From Oceanospirillum sp. (GTDB lineage Bacteria; Pseudomonadota; Gammaproteobacteria; Pseudomonadales; Halomonadaceae): 64,000 nt of DNA. The position numbers and the translations under genes are program-made. The notes beneath the pieces were generated by a model. It worked only from the letters and a program-made list of their open reading frames with translations, did no database searches and had not been told where the DNA came from. Location of the stretch: positions 9,489 through 73,488 of the forward strand of contig JBLXDJ010000008.1 of assembly GCA_048264105.1 (NCBI GenBank), in the 5' to 3' direction. The first letter of the stretch is position 1. Every line of letters begins with the position of its first letter. Shown here one piece after another: positions 1 through 9,184 of this stretch.

Positions 1-2
1 AT

Positions 3-1649
3 ACTGAACTAGAACTCGAGACTCATTCAAGAGCAATCACCCGCGACGGAATGTTGAGCCAGGGAGGTCTAACTAAATCCATCCGCATCGCACCGATAAG
101 CGATCTTCGTATAGGCAGGGAAGTTCAAGATACATCGCAATTATCGCGACATGCAGCGGAACTCCAAGGAGAGCTGGAGCAGCTTGAGAAGCAAAGGAAA
201 CGCGTTGAAGAGCTAGAAAAAGCTCTAGCCACGAACGCCAACGATGACGATCAAGGCATCACTGAGAAGCTTGCAGAGGCCAATAAGGTGATCAACCAGG
301 CATATCAGCAGCTCAAGGGCCTCGATGTCTCACACCTGGATGAGTTGCGATCTCTCCTTAGTGCTGCTGCCTTGCAATACTCAGAATACGACAATCAGTA
401 TACGGAGCATCATGGACTCGCGGCAGGGTTGAAAGAGAAAATAGATCAATATGGGACGCTGAAAGAGCAACTAGAACAAAAGATACCTGTAATTCGCCAA
501 GCTGAACGAGAAGCTGTAGCCAATGTTTTAGTCGATAAAGAATGGCTGGACAGCATGAAAGATGAGATTGAGCGTGCCGAAACCAGCTATGATCTTCGGC
601 TTAAAGAGGTGGATAGGAAACTTGAATACCACACCCCCCGCTTGAGGAATGCCGAGGAAAGCGCTTCTCTTGAACTTGCCCGCTATGTCCAGGACGAGCG
701 TTTGGATGTGCAAGTTCCCAATATGGAATGGCATGAACGTTATGAATGGACACTAGAGGAAAAGACGAAGCTTTTTAATACCAAATTGCACCGGTACGAG
801 GAGGAAGCTGAGTTAGCCCGTCAGGCATCCGAGGAAACGTTGCGCTCAGACATTGCCATGTCTCTTCATGACCGATTCAAAGAAATGGAGTTGGAGCGCC
901 GAGAGCGAAATAAAATACTTGAATCATGTCCGTCCTTCACCGGCGGAGAGCGTTACAAGTTCTCGGCCAAGGTTGTGCCGCAATACGAAGCCTTTGTGCG
1001 ATACATCAACCAGATAGCTCAAGACGATAACAATTTTTCTTTGTTCGCCGAAAACCCCGATGAGATTGATGAAACACTCCGCAATCTCGTGGACGCCGCT
1101 GCTGAATCTGGTAATGCTAGTGGCATTCTAGATTACAGACAGTTTTATACCTTTGATTTAGATATCTTGGTCGATGGTAAAAGAGTGGATCGTATGAGTA
1201 ATCGGCAAGGGGCAGGTTCCAATGGTGAACACATAGCGCCGATGTATGTTGCCGCAGGGGCTGCTCTTGCAAAAGCTTATAGGCTACACAGTAACAAAGG
1301 AAAACAACGGGGTATTGGCCTGATTTGTCTTGATGAGGCTTTCCATGGCATGGACACAATCAACGCTATCGCCACAGCTCGTTTCCTTCAAAGCATCGGC
1401 TTGCAGCTTATTATGGCGGGCCCGGAGCTTGAACGCACCAAGCTGGCACCTGTAACACAGACCATCTATGACCTGGATCGAGAAGGGCTGGATCTCCAAA
1501 TGGAACGAACCAAATTCAAGGAAGCAGCCAACAAACTGATGGTAAGTGATATGCCTGATGAGAACCCGGAAGTTATGAAAGGCGCTTACCATCAACTTGG
1601 ACTTGAACATCTTACAGAAAATGTAGTTCCGAACAATGGTGGACAATGA
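3..1649 (+). CDS. jetC: Wadjet JetC-like SMC-family ATPase, 5'-partial (C-terminal 548 aa)
   Basis: The frame is open from nt 3 (no stop before the first ATG at 51), so the gene starts outside the window. It has a long coiled-coil (LQGELEQLEKQRKRVEELEKAL...) followed by an SMC/ABC C-terminal head: signature-like GSNGE, Walker B LICLDEAF, and QLIMAGPE. An ATGA overlap couples it to the downstream Toprim gene. Confidence 0.75.
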   Translation, partial: TELELETHSRAITRDGMLSQGGLTKSIRIAPISDLRIGREVQDTSQLSRHAAELQGELEQLEKQRKRVEELEKALATNANDDDQGITEKLAEANKVINQAYQQLKGLDVSHLDELRSLLSAAALQYSEYDNQYTEHHGLAAGLKEKIDQYGTLKEQLEQKIPVIRQAEREAVANVLVDKEWLDSMKDEIERAETSYDLRLKEVDRKLEYHTPRLRNAEESASLELARYVQDERLDVQVPNMEWHERYEWTLEEKTKLFNTKLHRYEEEAELARQASEETLRSDIAMSLHDRFKEMELERRERNKILESCPSFTGGERYKFSAKVVPQYEAFVRYINQIAQDDNNFSLFAENPDEIDETLRNLVDAAAESGNASGILDYRQFYTFDLDILVDGKRVDRMSNRQGAGSNGEHIAPMYVAAGAALAKAYRLHSNKGKQRGIGLICLDEAFHGMDTINAIATARFLQSIGLQLIMAGPELERTKLAPVTQTIYDLDREGLDLQMERTKFKEAANKLMVSDMPDENPEVMKGAYHQLGLEHLTENVVPNNGGQ

Positions 1650-2884
1650 TGCTGCGCTCAGGAGCAGATGCATGTGATGAGAGTATGCGTCGCCTTATCA
1701 AAAAAGCTGCTCGTGCTGTTTTCGCTGATGGCAAACTTGAACCGTCAGTAGAAAAAATTTCGGTAAGCTTTCCTGCGACGAATTCGAGTTTGAAGGAGTA
1801 CTATTGCCTCGAGCGCTTTGCAGACCGGGAAGAGTATCATGCGCGACTTCAGATCTACTCAAATGCAAAAGCAATAAGGATTGATTGGGACGCCGGCGCA
1901 GGAGAGAAAGGGCAGCTTTCGAGAGTAACGTTGCTAGATCCTAAAGCAGTGGTGAGTGTTCTTGGCGAAGAGTTACCCTGGGACGTTGCCAGGCGAGCCA
2001 TCACAAAGATAGCGTCTGTAGCTAAAGAAGGGCTTCCTGACGTTGACCATATTATCGAAGCCTGGCGTCTGGGTAAGTCTCCAGCAGGTGTGTCAGCGGA
2101 GCGTGCTGATCAACTGACCGACAGCATGAGGGTCATTGGTGCTGCGCAAAAACTTTGTGAAAGTGGGCAGGATGTACTGCTCCGCAAGCTAAGCGCCAGA
2201 TTATTCAGTGATAGTAAACGGATAGAAACACTCTCTCGCCAGCTTGCTTTCCTTCTTGGAGAGCCCGCAGAAACCGAAGAAGAGGATGTTTTTGCGCGGT
2301 TAGGCCTAGTAAAGCATCCTCAGCCTATGCTTCTGACCGGCCCACCGGATTGTAGCATTCAAATTGAAGGGGGAGTTATTCCTCTGGTATCCCCCTATCT
2401 AGGCTTACGACCGGACACTATCAAAGGTCTGGTCACTTCAAATGGACCTATTCGACGTATTCTCACCATTGAGAATCTTGCGAGCTTCAACGAAGCAGCT
2501 GACAGTGCAAAAAAAGAGAAGGACTTGCTGATCGTTTATATTGCTGGAAACCCTACACCATCTTTTCTCGCGGCTTACAATCGAATAGTTGCTTCTTTGG
2601 AGCTCTCCGAGCTCTTGCATTGGGGCGACATTGATGTAGGAGGGTTTAGGATTGCAGCAAGATTAGCCGATAGCATCAAATCTACCGGCTATAGTCTTAA
2701 GCTTTGGCGGATGAACCCATTGGAAGTAGCTCTGGATCAGCAAAAGACTGTCCCAGAAAAGAAAGTCGAAGAAGTATCAACAATATGCAGGGATTATGGA
2801 TGGTGGGAGGAAGATGAAGGAATCCAGAGTAATCCAGTGTTTCAGGAGCAAGAATTCCTCGACTGGGTTCCTCCGCAAGATTAA
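1646..2884 (+). CDS. jetD: Wadjet JetD-like Toprim (DUF2220) nuclease subunit
   Basis: 412 aa. The C-terminal domain carries ILTIENLASFNE (Toprim Glu) and LHWGDIDVGGFRI (DxD), as in DUF2220/JetD. The start overlaps the jetC stop (ATGA at 1646-1649). I did not recognise the N-terminal ~230 aa. Confidence 0.7.
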   Translation: MMLRSGADACDESMRRLIKKAARAVFADGKLEPSVEKISVSFPATNSSLKEYYCLERFADREEYHARLQIYSNAKAIRIDWDAGAGEKGQLSRVTLLDPKAVVSVLGEELPWDVARRAITKIASVAKEGLPDVDHIIEAWRLGKSPAGVSAERADQLTDSMRVIGAAQKLCESGQDVLLRKLSARLFSDSKRIETLSRQLAFLLGEPAETEEEDVFARLGLVKHPQPMLLTGPPDCSIQIEGGVIPLVSPYLGLRPDTIKGLVTSNGPIRRILTIENLASFNEAADSAKKEKDLLIVYIAGNPTPSFLAAYNRIVASLELSELLHWGDIDVGGFRIAARLADSIKSTGYSLKLWRMNPLEVALDQQKTVPEKKVEEVSTICRDYGWWEEDEGIQSNPVFQEQEFLDWVPPQD

Positions 2885-3058
2885 ATGAGAACATAGTTTA
2901 CTGATAGACGCTGAAAACTTTCCTGTCTACAAGCTTTCAAGCTTAATTTTAAGGCCTCTTGCGGGTTGTGAATGGGTATTGATCTTCTATACACACATTA
3001 GTTCGCGCCTAATCATTATCATTTATCGATATATATAATCAATTTGCTATATGCAGTA

Positions 3059-3931
3059 TCAAGGTAAACTGTTTCTTACACCGCCTCCGACTAAGGCAAC
3101 GCCGGAGGCGGTGTGATGCGGGCTGCGGAAGGGGCGTTGTCCCCATTCATCCATGGAAAAACGACCGGATACGGATGCCAGCGCCATCACCTCCAGCGCA
3201 TCCTGCTCACTCATTTTTGGCAGGATGCCACCGAGGCGGCTGGCGAGCAGGGTTTTCCCCGTGCCCGGCGGGCCAACCAGCAACAGGTGGTGATTTCCCG
3301 CAGCGGCGATTTCCAGAGCGCGCCTTGCCTGAAACTGACCTTTCACATCCGCCAGATCCGGCTGGTCTTTTAACAGGGTGTAGCGTTTCTGAGATTCCAG
3401 CTGATGCAGGGGCAGTTCATCCTGCCCATGCAGCATAGCGGTGACCGCTAAAAGGTGAGGGGCGGTCATCACTATATTGGCTTCCGGAAGTGAGGCTTCA
3501 TCGCCATTACCGGAAGGCACCAACATGGTTCGTCCCGCCTGAGCGCAGGCTAAGGCTGCGGGAAGAATGCCCGATACAGGACGAAGTTCAGCAGAAAGGG
3601 AGAGTTCGCCATAGCATTCAAACTCGGTCAGGCGCTCGGCGGGAATCTGGCTGGAGGCGGCCAGAACACCCAGTGCGATGGCCAGATCGTAACGACCACC
3701 CTCTTTGGGCAGATCAGCCGGAGCGAGGTTGACCGTGATCCGGCGCTGGGGATATTCAAAACCGGCATTGATCAGGGCGCTGCGCACACGGTCTTTACTT
3801 TCGCGCACGGCGGTTTCCGGCATGCCGACAATGGCGAGACCGGGCAGACCGTTGGTGAGATGAACTTCGATGCGCACTTCCGGGGCGTCGATACCCACAG
3901 AAGCGCGGCTATAGATGACAGCCAGTGTCAT
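3059..3931 (-). pseudogene. comM: comM/yifB (Mg-chelatase-like competence ATPase) 5' fragment, disrupted by the island
   Basis: About 285 aa are colinear with ComM/YifB (MTLAVIYSRASVGIDAPEV..., APADLPKEGGRYDL, Walker A GPPGTGKT, FRSPHHTASGVALVGGG). The frame then runs into foreign AT-rich DNA and stops (VRNSLP*). Full-length ComM is ~500 aa, so the Walker B and C-terminal half are missing. Confidence 0.85.
3078..3114. repeat. Perfect 12-bp inverted repeat ACACCGCCTCCG-N13-CGGAGGCGGTGT at the island/comM breakpoint
   Basis: Read directly: 3078-3089 is the reverse complement of 3103-3114. The arms encode VGGG(V) and HHTASG of ComM. Confidence 0.9.
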
Positions 3932-4068
3932 AGCACGACTCCTTGTGCGTTGAGGTTGGGTTGTCTGACCCGCTTCTTTCTATCCGTTAAAGAAGCTGCC
4001 GTGTGAACGGCTCGGTATTTACCGGACAGTAAAACCGGATAACAACATTAACCGGCCAACAACAGAGG

Positions 4069-4341
4069 TTACTTCTGCTGCTCTTTATCGGCTAACTGAG
4101 CAACGATCGTTTCCAGTTGGGCGACCTGAGCTTCCAGTGCATCGGCTTTAGCGCGGGTGCGCAGCAGAATTTCGCTCTGAATATCAAACTCTTCCCGGGT
4201 CACCAGATTCAGTTTAGCAAATACGTTCTCCGCCACGGATTGCATCTGACGTTTCAGTTCAGCTTCGCCGGGGAGACCGGCACCGGAGAATTTTTCACCC
4301 ATCTGGCGGGTCAGCTCAGAGATCATTTCAGGTTTTAACAT
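4069..4341 (-). CDS. ubiK: Ubiquinone biosynthesis accessory factor UbiK (YqiC/BMFP family)
   Basis: 90 aa. LVTREEFDIQSEILLRTRAKADALEAQVAQLE matches the YqiC/UbiK coiled-coil core. The comM-ubiK-glnK-amtB synteny matches Pseudomonas. Confidence 0.85.
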   Translation of the reverse strand: MLKPEMISELTRQMGEKFSGAGLPGEAELKRQMQSVAENVFAKLNLVTREEFDIQSEILLRTRAKADALEAQVAQLETIVAQLADKEQQK

Positions 4342-4484
4342 CGTGGACGCTCATCAGTTGCTTGATTTCAGTGGTTCAGCGGCTTCTGTTCCGTGCCAAA
4401 AGCCTGCGGTGCAGTGTATCACTTTACGTGCTTTTGCTCCGTTCCGGTTTTGCCCTGTTATGCGGCTTTGTGGTGCGCAGTTCG

Positions 4485-4501
4485 TGCACAAAAACAGTGC
4501 G
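4485..4501. promoter_or_regulatory. Candidate NtrC-type enhancer site (TGCAC-N7-GTGCG)
   Basis: Near-match to TGCACC-N5-GGTGCA, ~120 bp upstream of the glnK sigma54 promoter. Further GGTGCA motifs occur at 4408 and 4527. Confidence 0.3.
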
Positions 4502-4618
4502 CAATAGGTTTGTTTGGAAATTTGTCGGTGCAGTGTTTTTTCTGTTTCGGTGCGATCTGATCGGCTTGATCGGTGGTTTTAACTCCTAGTGTTATGAAAA
4601 ACATAGGTTTTTTCTTAT

Positions 4619-4634
4619 TGGCACACCCTATGCA
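4619..4634 (+). promoter_or_regulatory. Sigma54 (-24/-12) promoter of glnK-amtB
   Basis: TGGCAC-N5-ATGCA, with GG-N10-GC spacing satisfied (GG 4620-21, GC 4632-33), ~130 nt upstream of the glnK ATG. Confidence 0.6.
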
Positions 4635-4743
4635 AAACCCGAGGTATGTTGGCGAGAGTGCATTGAGCAAGCGGTGCACCGCGAGAAAGCCACACCTTAG
4701 ACCAAAAATTATGGACAACAATTCAATCTGATAAGCACGTTAA

Positions 4744-5103
<360 letters not shown>

Positions 5104-5149
5104 GTCGCTTACTAGCTAAAAAAGAATTCAGCCTTCGGAGGGCCTTCCA

Positions 5150-6391
5150 ATGGAAGATTTAGTACAAGTCAAGTATGCACTTGATACCTTTTATTTCCTG
5201 ATCTGTGGTGCGCTGGTGATGTGGATGGCGGCAGGTTTCGCCATGCTGGAAGCCGGTCTGGTTCGAGCCAAAAACACGACAGAGATTCTGACTAAGAACG
5301 TCGCGCTGTATGCGATCGCCTGTACCATGTATCTGCTTTGCGGTTACTTCATTATGTACAGCGGTGATGCTGGCGGCATCCTGCCTAATCTGGGTTTCCT
5401 GATTGGCGAAGAGAATACAACTGAAGCGGTTCTGGCCAGCGGTGGTGATACTTACTACTCAGCACGTTCAGACTTCTTCTTCCAGGTGGTATTCGTAGCG
5501 ACTGCGATGTCTATCGTATCCGGTGCGGTTGCTGAGCGTATGAAGCTGTGGGCTTTCCTGAGCTTTGCGGTTGTGATGACAGGCTTCATCTACCCTGTTT
5601 CCGGTTACTGGACCTGGGGCGGCGGTTTCCTGAGCGAAGCGGGTTTCTCTGACTTTGCAGGTTCCGGTATCGTTCACATGGCAGGTGCTGCTGCTGCTCT
5701 GGCTGGTGTACTGCTGCTGGGTGCCCGTAAAGGCAAATACGGTCCGAATGGTCAGATCAATGCGATTCCGGGCAGCAACATGCCTCTGGCAACGCTGGGT
5801 ACGTTCATTCTGTGGATGGGTTGGTTCGGCTTCAACGGTGGTTCTGAGCTGAAACTGTCTGATGTGGGTGAAGCAAACGCGGTAGCACAGGTTTTCGTAA
5901 ACACTAACGCAGCGGCTGCTGGTGGTGCGATTGCGGCTCTGATCCTAGCTCGCCTGTGGTTCCGCAAAGCGGATCTGACCATGGTACTGAACGGTGCACT
6001 GGCTGGTCTGGTAGCGATTACTGCTGATCCTCTGTCGCCAACGGCTTTCGCTTCTACCCTGATCGGTGGCATTGGTGGTCTGCTGGTGGTGTTCTCCATC
6101 ATCGCTCTGGACAAGCTGCGTATCGATGATCCTGTAGGTGCGATCTCTGTACACGGTGTTGTGGGTATCTGGGGTCTGCTGGCTGTACCACTGAACAATG
6201 TTGATGCGACCTTCTCTGCACAGCTGCTGGGTATCATCTCTATCTTCGGCTGGGTATTCGTAGCAAGCCTGATCGTATGGAGCATCCTGAAAGCAGTGAT
6301 CGGCATCCGTGTCTCTGAAGAAGAAGAGTACGAAGGTGTGGATATCGCTGAGTGTGGTCTGGAAGCTTACCCTGAGTTCACTAAAGGTTAA
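5150..6391 (+). CDS. amtB: Ammonium transporter AmtB
   Basis: 413 aa polytopic membrane protein of the Amt family (AGFAMLEAGLVR, SGIVHMAGAAAALAG, WFGFNGGS). Paired with glnK. Confidence 0.95.
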   Translation: MEDLVQVKYALDTFYFLICGALVMWMAAGFAMLEAGLVRAKNTTEILTKNVALYAIACTMYLLCGYFIMYSGDAGGILPNLGFLIGEENTTEAVLASGGDTYYSARSDFFFQVVFVATAMSIVSGAVAERMKLWAFLSFAVVMTGFIYPVSGYWTWGGGFLSEAGFSDFAGSGIVHMAGAAAALAGVLLLGARKGKYGPNGQINAIPGSNMPLATLGTFILWMGWFGFNGGSELKLSDVGEANAVAQVFVNTNAAAAGGAIAALILARLWFRKADLTMVLNGALAGLVAITADPLSPTAFASTLIGGIGGLLVVFSIIALDKLRIDDPVGAISVHGVVGIWGLLAVPLNNVDATFSAQLLGIISIFGWVFVASLIVWSILKAVIGIRVSEEEEYEGVDIAECGLEAYPEFTKG

Positions 6392-6530
6392 GTTAAGAAC
6401 ACAAAGAGCCGAACGCTCTGTAAGCAAGACAAGGTTTAATCACTGAGAGTTAAACCAACAAAAATAAGAGCACGACTCAATAAAGAAAAAGACAAGATTA
6501 AATATATAGAGGTTTAGCCTCAAAAAGCTT

Positions 6531-6558
6531 AAGGGTACCGGTCTGGTACCCTTTTTTA
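6531..6558 (+). terminator. Intrinsic terminator after amtB
   Basis: AAGGGTACC-ggtct-GGTACCCTT stem followed by a TTTTT run. Confidence 0.8.
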
Positions 6559-6571
6559 TTGTCAACAATAA

Positions 6572-7009
<438 letters not shown>

Positions 7010-7033
7010 TCAGTCTGCTGATACGACCCGATA

Positions 7034-7074
7034 TAAAAAAACGGCTCAGAGTGAAAACTCTGAGCCGTTTTTTT
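7034..7074. terminator. Bidirectional intrinsic terminator between convergent genes
   Basis: AAAAAAACGGCTCAGAG-tgaaaa-CTCTGAGCCGTTTTTTT. Confidence 0.85.
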
Positions 7075-7103
7075 GTTCGTTATCGAACGGGGTGATGCTG
7101 AGC

Positions 7104-7559
7104 TTAGTGCGCTGAATGCTTCTTCATGCCCACCATTACTTTTTTGATCGGCATCTCAACCACGGACATCGCGCCATTGCTGAAGTAGAGTTTTACCGAA
7201 ACTTTCTGGCCTTCAAACAGGTTCTGCTTCAGGCCGATCAGCATAATGTGATAGCCACCCGGACGCAGCTGAGCCATGCCGTTACCCGGAATACGGATCT
7301 CAGAAACCTGACGCATCTTCATTACGCCCTGATCCATAGTGTGAGTGTGCAGTTCGACAGCATCGGCAACACCGCTTTGAGCGCGAATCAGGCTGATCTC
7401 TTTAGCGGAATTGTTTTTCAGCATCATAAAGATGGCTGAATTCGGCTGACCCGGAGGTACGGCGCGGGCATAAGGATTAACAACATCGACCGTGCTGGCT
7501 GCCATCGCCATCGGTGTGATCAGTGCGAAGATCAGTGCGGTAAGCCATTTTTTCATCAT
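7104..7559 (-). CDS. Periplasmic copper chaperone PCu(A)C (DUF461)
   Basis: 151 aa with a signal peptide. The VELHTHTMDQGVMKMRQV His/Met motif is typical of PCuAC. Adjacent to a Sco1 gene. Confidence 0.8.
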   Translation of the reverse strand: MMKKWLTALIFALITPMAMAASTVDVVNPYARAVPPGQPNSAIFMMLKNNSAKEISLIRAQSGVADAVELHTHTMDQGVMKMRQVSEIRIPGNGMAQLRPGGYHIMLIGLKQNLFEGQKVSVKLYFSNGAMSVVEMPIKKVMVGMKKHSAH

Positions 7560-7622
7560 GATTCCTTTTTATTCTCAACAGTTGTTCTTAACGGTTTTAG
7601 TCGGAGCAGTTTATGTTCGTGA

Positions 7623-8228
7623 TCAGTTCAGCTGGCGCTTGAGGGCATCCAGCAGGGCATCCGGGGATGCGGAATGATTGACGGTTTCCAGCACTTCACC
7701 CTTGTCATTGGTCAGGTAAAAGATCGAGGTGTGATCCACGGTGTAGCCCATGGCGCTGTTGTCGATCTGAGCCTTCTGGTAAAACGCACCATATTTGCGT
7801 GACAGAGCCAGAATCTTCTCCGGAGTATCGGTCAGGCCGATAATCTGCGGATGAAAGAACTGGGTGTAACTTTTCAGGTGCTGAAGCGTGTCACGTTCCG
7901 GGTCAACGCTGATCAGGATGCCCTGAAGCTGAGACAGCTCATCTTCCGGCAGCTGCTTAAAGGCATGTGCCATGACGGAAAGCGATGTCGGGCAGATATC
8001 CGGGCATTGGGTGTAGCCAAAATAGATGATATTCAGTTTGTCGGGATGATTGCTCAGGGTATAAGCACCATCCGCGGACTGCAGCGTGAAGTCACCACCA
8101 ATCTGCATCACCTTAGCGGCAGTTTTCATCTGATACTTCTGGTACATCTCCATGCCACCAATCAGAGCAACCACTGGCAGCAACATCAGAAGGGCTTTGA
8201 GAAAGTGCTTTTTAAAGCTGTTGAACAT
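7623..8228 (-). CDS. SCO1/SenC family copper-binding thioredoxin-like protein
   Basis: 201 aa with an N-terminal TM helix, the CxxxC motif GYTQCPDICP, and a downstream His (DHTSIFYL). Confidence 0.88.
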   Translation of the reverse strand: MFNSFKKHFLKALLMLLPVVALIGGMEMYQKYQMKTAAKVMQIGGDFTLQSADGAYTLSNHPDKLNIIYFGYTQCPDICPTSLSVMAHAFKQLPEDELSQLQGILISVDPERDTLQHLKSYTQFFHPQIIGLTDTPEKILALSRKYGAFYQKAQIDNSAMGYTVDHTSIFYLTNDKGEVLETVNHSASPDALLDALKRQLN

Positions 8229-8405
8229 AAGTCGTTTCCATCGTTAAGAGAGGCGTCCGAACCGGTATCTTACCTTAATGGCATTCCCGCTCTTAATCCG
8301 CGTCATTATTTGAGGTTGTTTTAACGGCGGTTGTTTAACCTGCAGGTAAAAGAGAACCTTTTCCCAGTAAAAAGTTGCCGGATTGTTTTACCGGCTGGTG
8401 TCGGC

Positions 8406-8873
8406 TTACATCTGCAGCACATCAAAGTCGAACCAGATCTGCCGGGGGCCGCTGGCGGTTTCAAGTTCGACACGGCCACGCCATGGCATCACCTTTTCGG
8501 TGCAGACGCTGATGGTGCCTGTAACGCTCAACCCGCCGTTCTGAGCCGAGGGCAGCAAGGTGTACTGATGTATGCCCATATACATGGTGCGGCCTGTCAG
8601 CGCGAGCTTAGCCGAGCTGAGACGCAGGTTGTCGGCGATGATCCGGAACTCCACCGGCTTCAGTGCTAATACCGGCCAGGGGGAGACGGACAGGCGAACA
8701 GAATCACCGCTGCTCAGGGTCACGGTGCAGCTGCCCTGTTCCATGACACAGCCGGGCATCTGGCTTTCATCGATATCCATCAGGGCATTCAGGTGGTTTG
8801 CCAGATAGATCAGCATGACCAGCAGTGCTGCGATGGTGAGTGTCCAGAGAAGTTTAAGTTGCTTGGTCGACAT
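8406..8873 (-). CDS. Hypothetical membrane-anchored protein (possibly FixH-like), upstream of the Sco1/PCuAC genes
   Basis: 155 aa with a single N-terminal TM helix (LLWTLTIAALLVMLIYL) and a beta-rich soluble part containing Cys and Met residues. No motif that I can name with certainty. Confidence 0.5.
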   Translation of the reverse strand: MSTKQLKLLWTLTIAALLVMLIYLANHLNALMDIDESQMPGCVMEQGSCTVTLSSGDSVRLSVSPWPVLALKPVEFRIIADNLRLSSAKLALTGRTMYMGIHQYTLLPSAQNGGLSVTGTISVCTEKVMPWRGRVELETASGPRQIWFDFDVLQM

Positions 8874-9184
8874 AAATTACGGTTTTGCCCGTTTCAGAAA
8901 CTGTGTACTGGCTGATGCGCTCATGGAACACAAAGACCCATTTAAGTGGCGTAAGTCTAACCAAATGCGGGGAAAAAACCGTGTGACCAATTGCCGCATA
9001 TTTTTGCCCGCTGGCATAAAGTGTCTGAAACTTGCTCCGGGTCAAAAAAGTGCCTGTTTTATGTTTGGTGCTGACTGGTCTGAGGGTGCATCAGGCAGGC
9101 TTGGTCTTGATGCAGGGCTTAGGTAGACTGCGCCATCGTCATCAATCGGTCTTTAGGGCGGACGCATTTTTCTAAGAGGTAGCT

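Larger units (their letters stand above)
1..3080. mobile_element. Distal end of a genomic island inserted in comM (putative Tn7-family / Tn6022-like element with defence cargo); continues beyond the left window edge
   Basis: Wadjet genes use rare codons (ATA, AGG, AGA, CTA) unlike the core genes. They are followed by ~200 bp of AT-rich non-coding DNA that abuts a truncated comM reading frame at ~3080. The terminus read inward is TGTAAGAAAC..., with 20-bp phased WTGATW motifs. Confidence 0.6.

Noticed and set aside
3009-3027. Fur-box look-alike CTAATCATTATCATTTATC in the island terminal segment.
   Set aside because: Only the right half (ATAATCATTATC, 11 of 12) matches the Fur consensus, and the left half does not. 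There is no gene downstream in either orientation that it could regulate. It is better explained as part of the phased WTGATW subterminal repeats.
4362-4721. 75-aa (+) and 87-aa (-) ORFs in the ubiK-glnK intergenic region.
   Set aside because: The region contains the glnK sigma54 promoter and NtrC-like sites. The ORFs overlap each other, lack an RBS and have Cys/Phe/Leu-rich nonsense-like composition.
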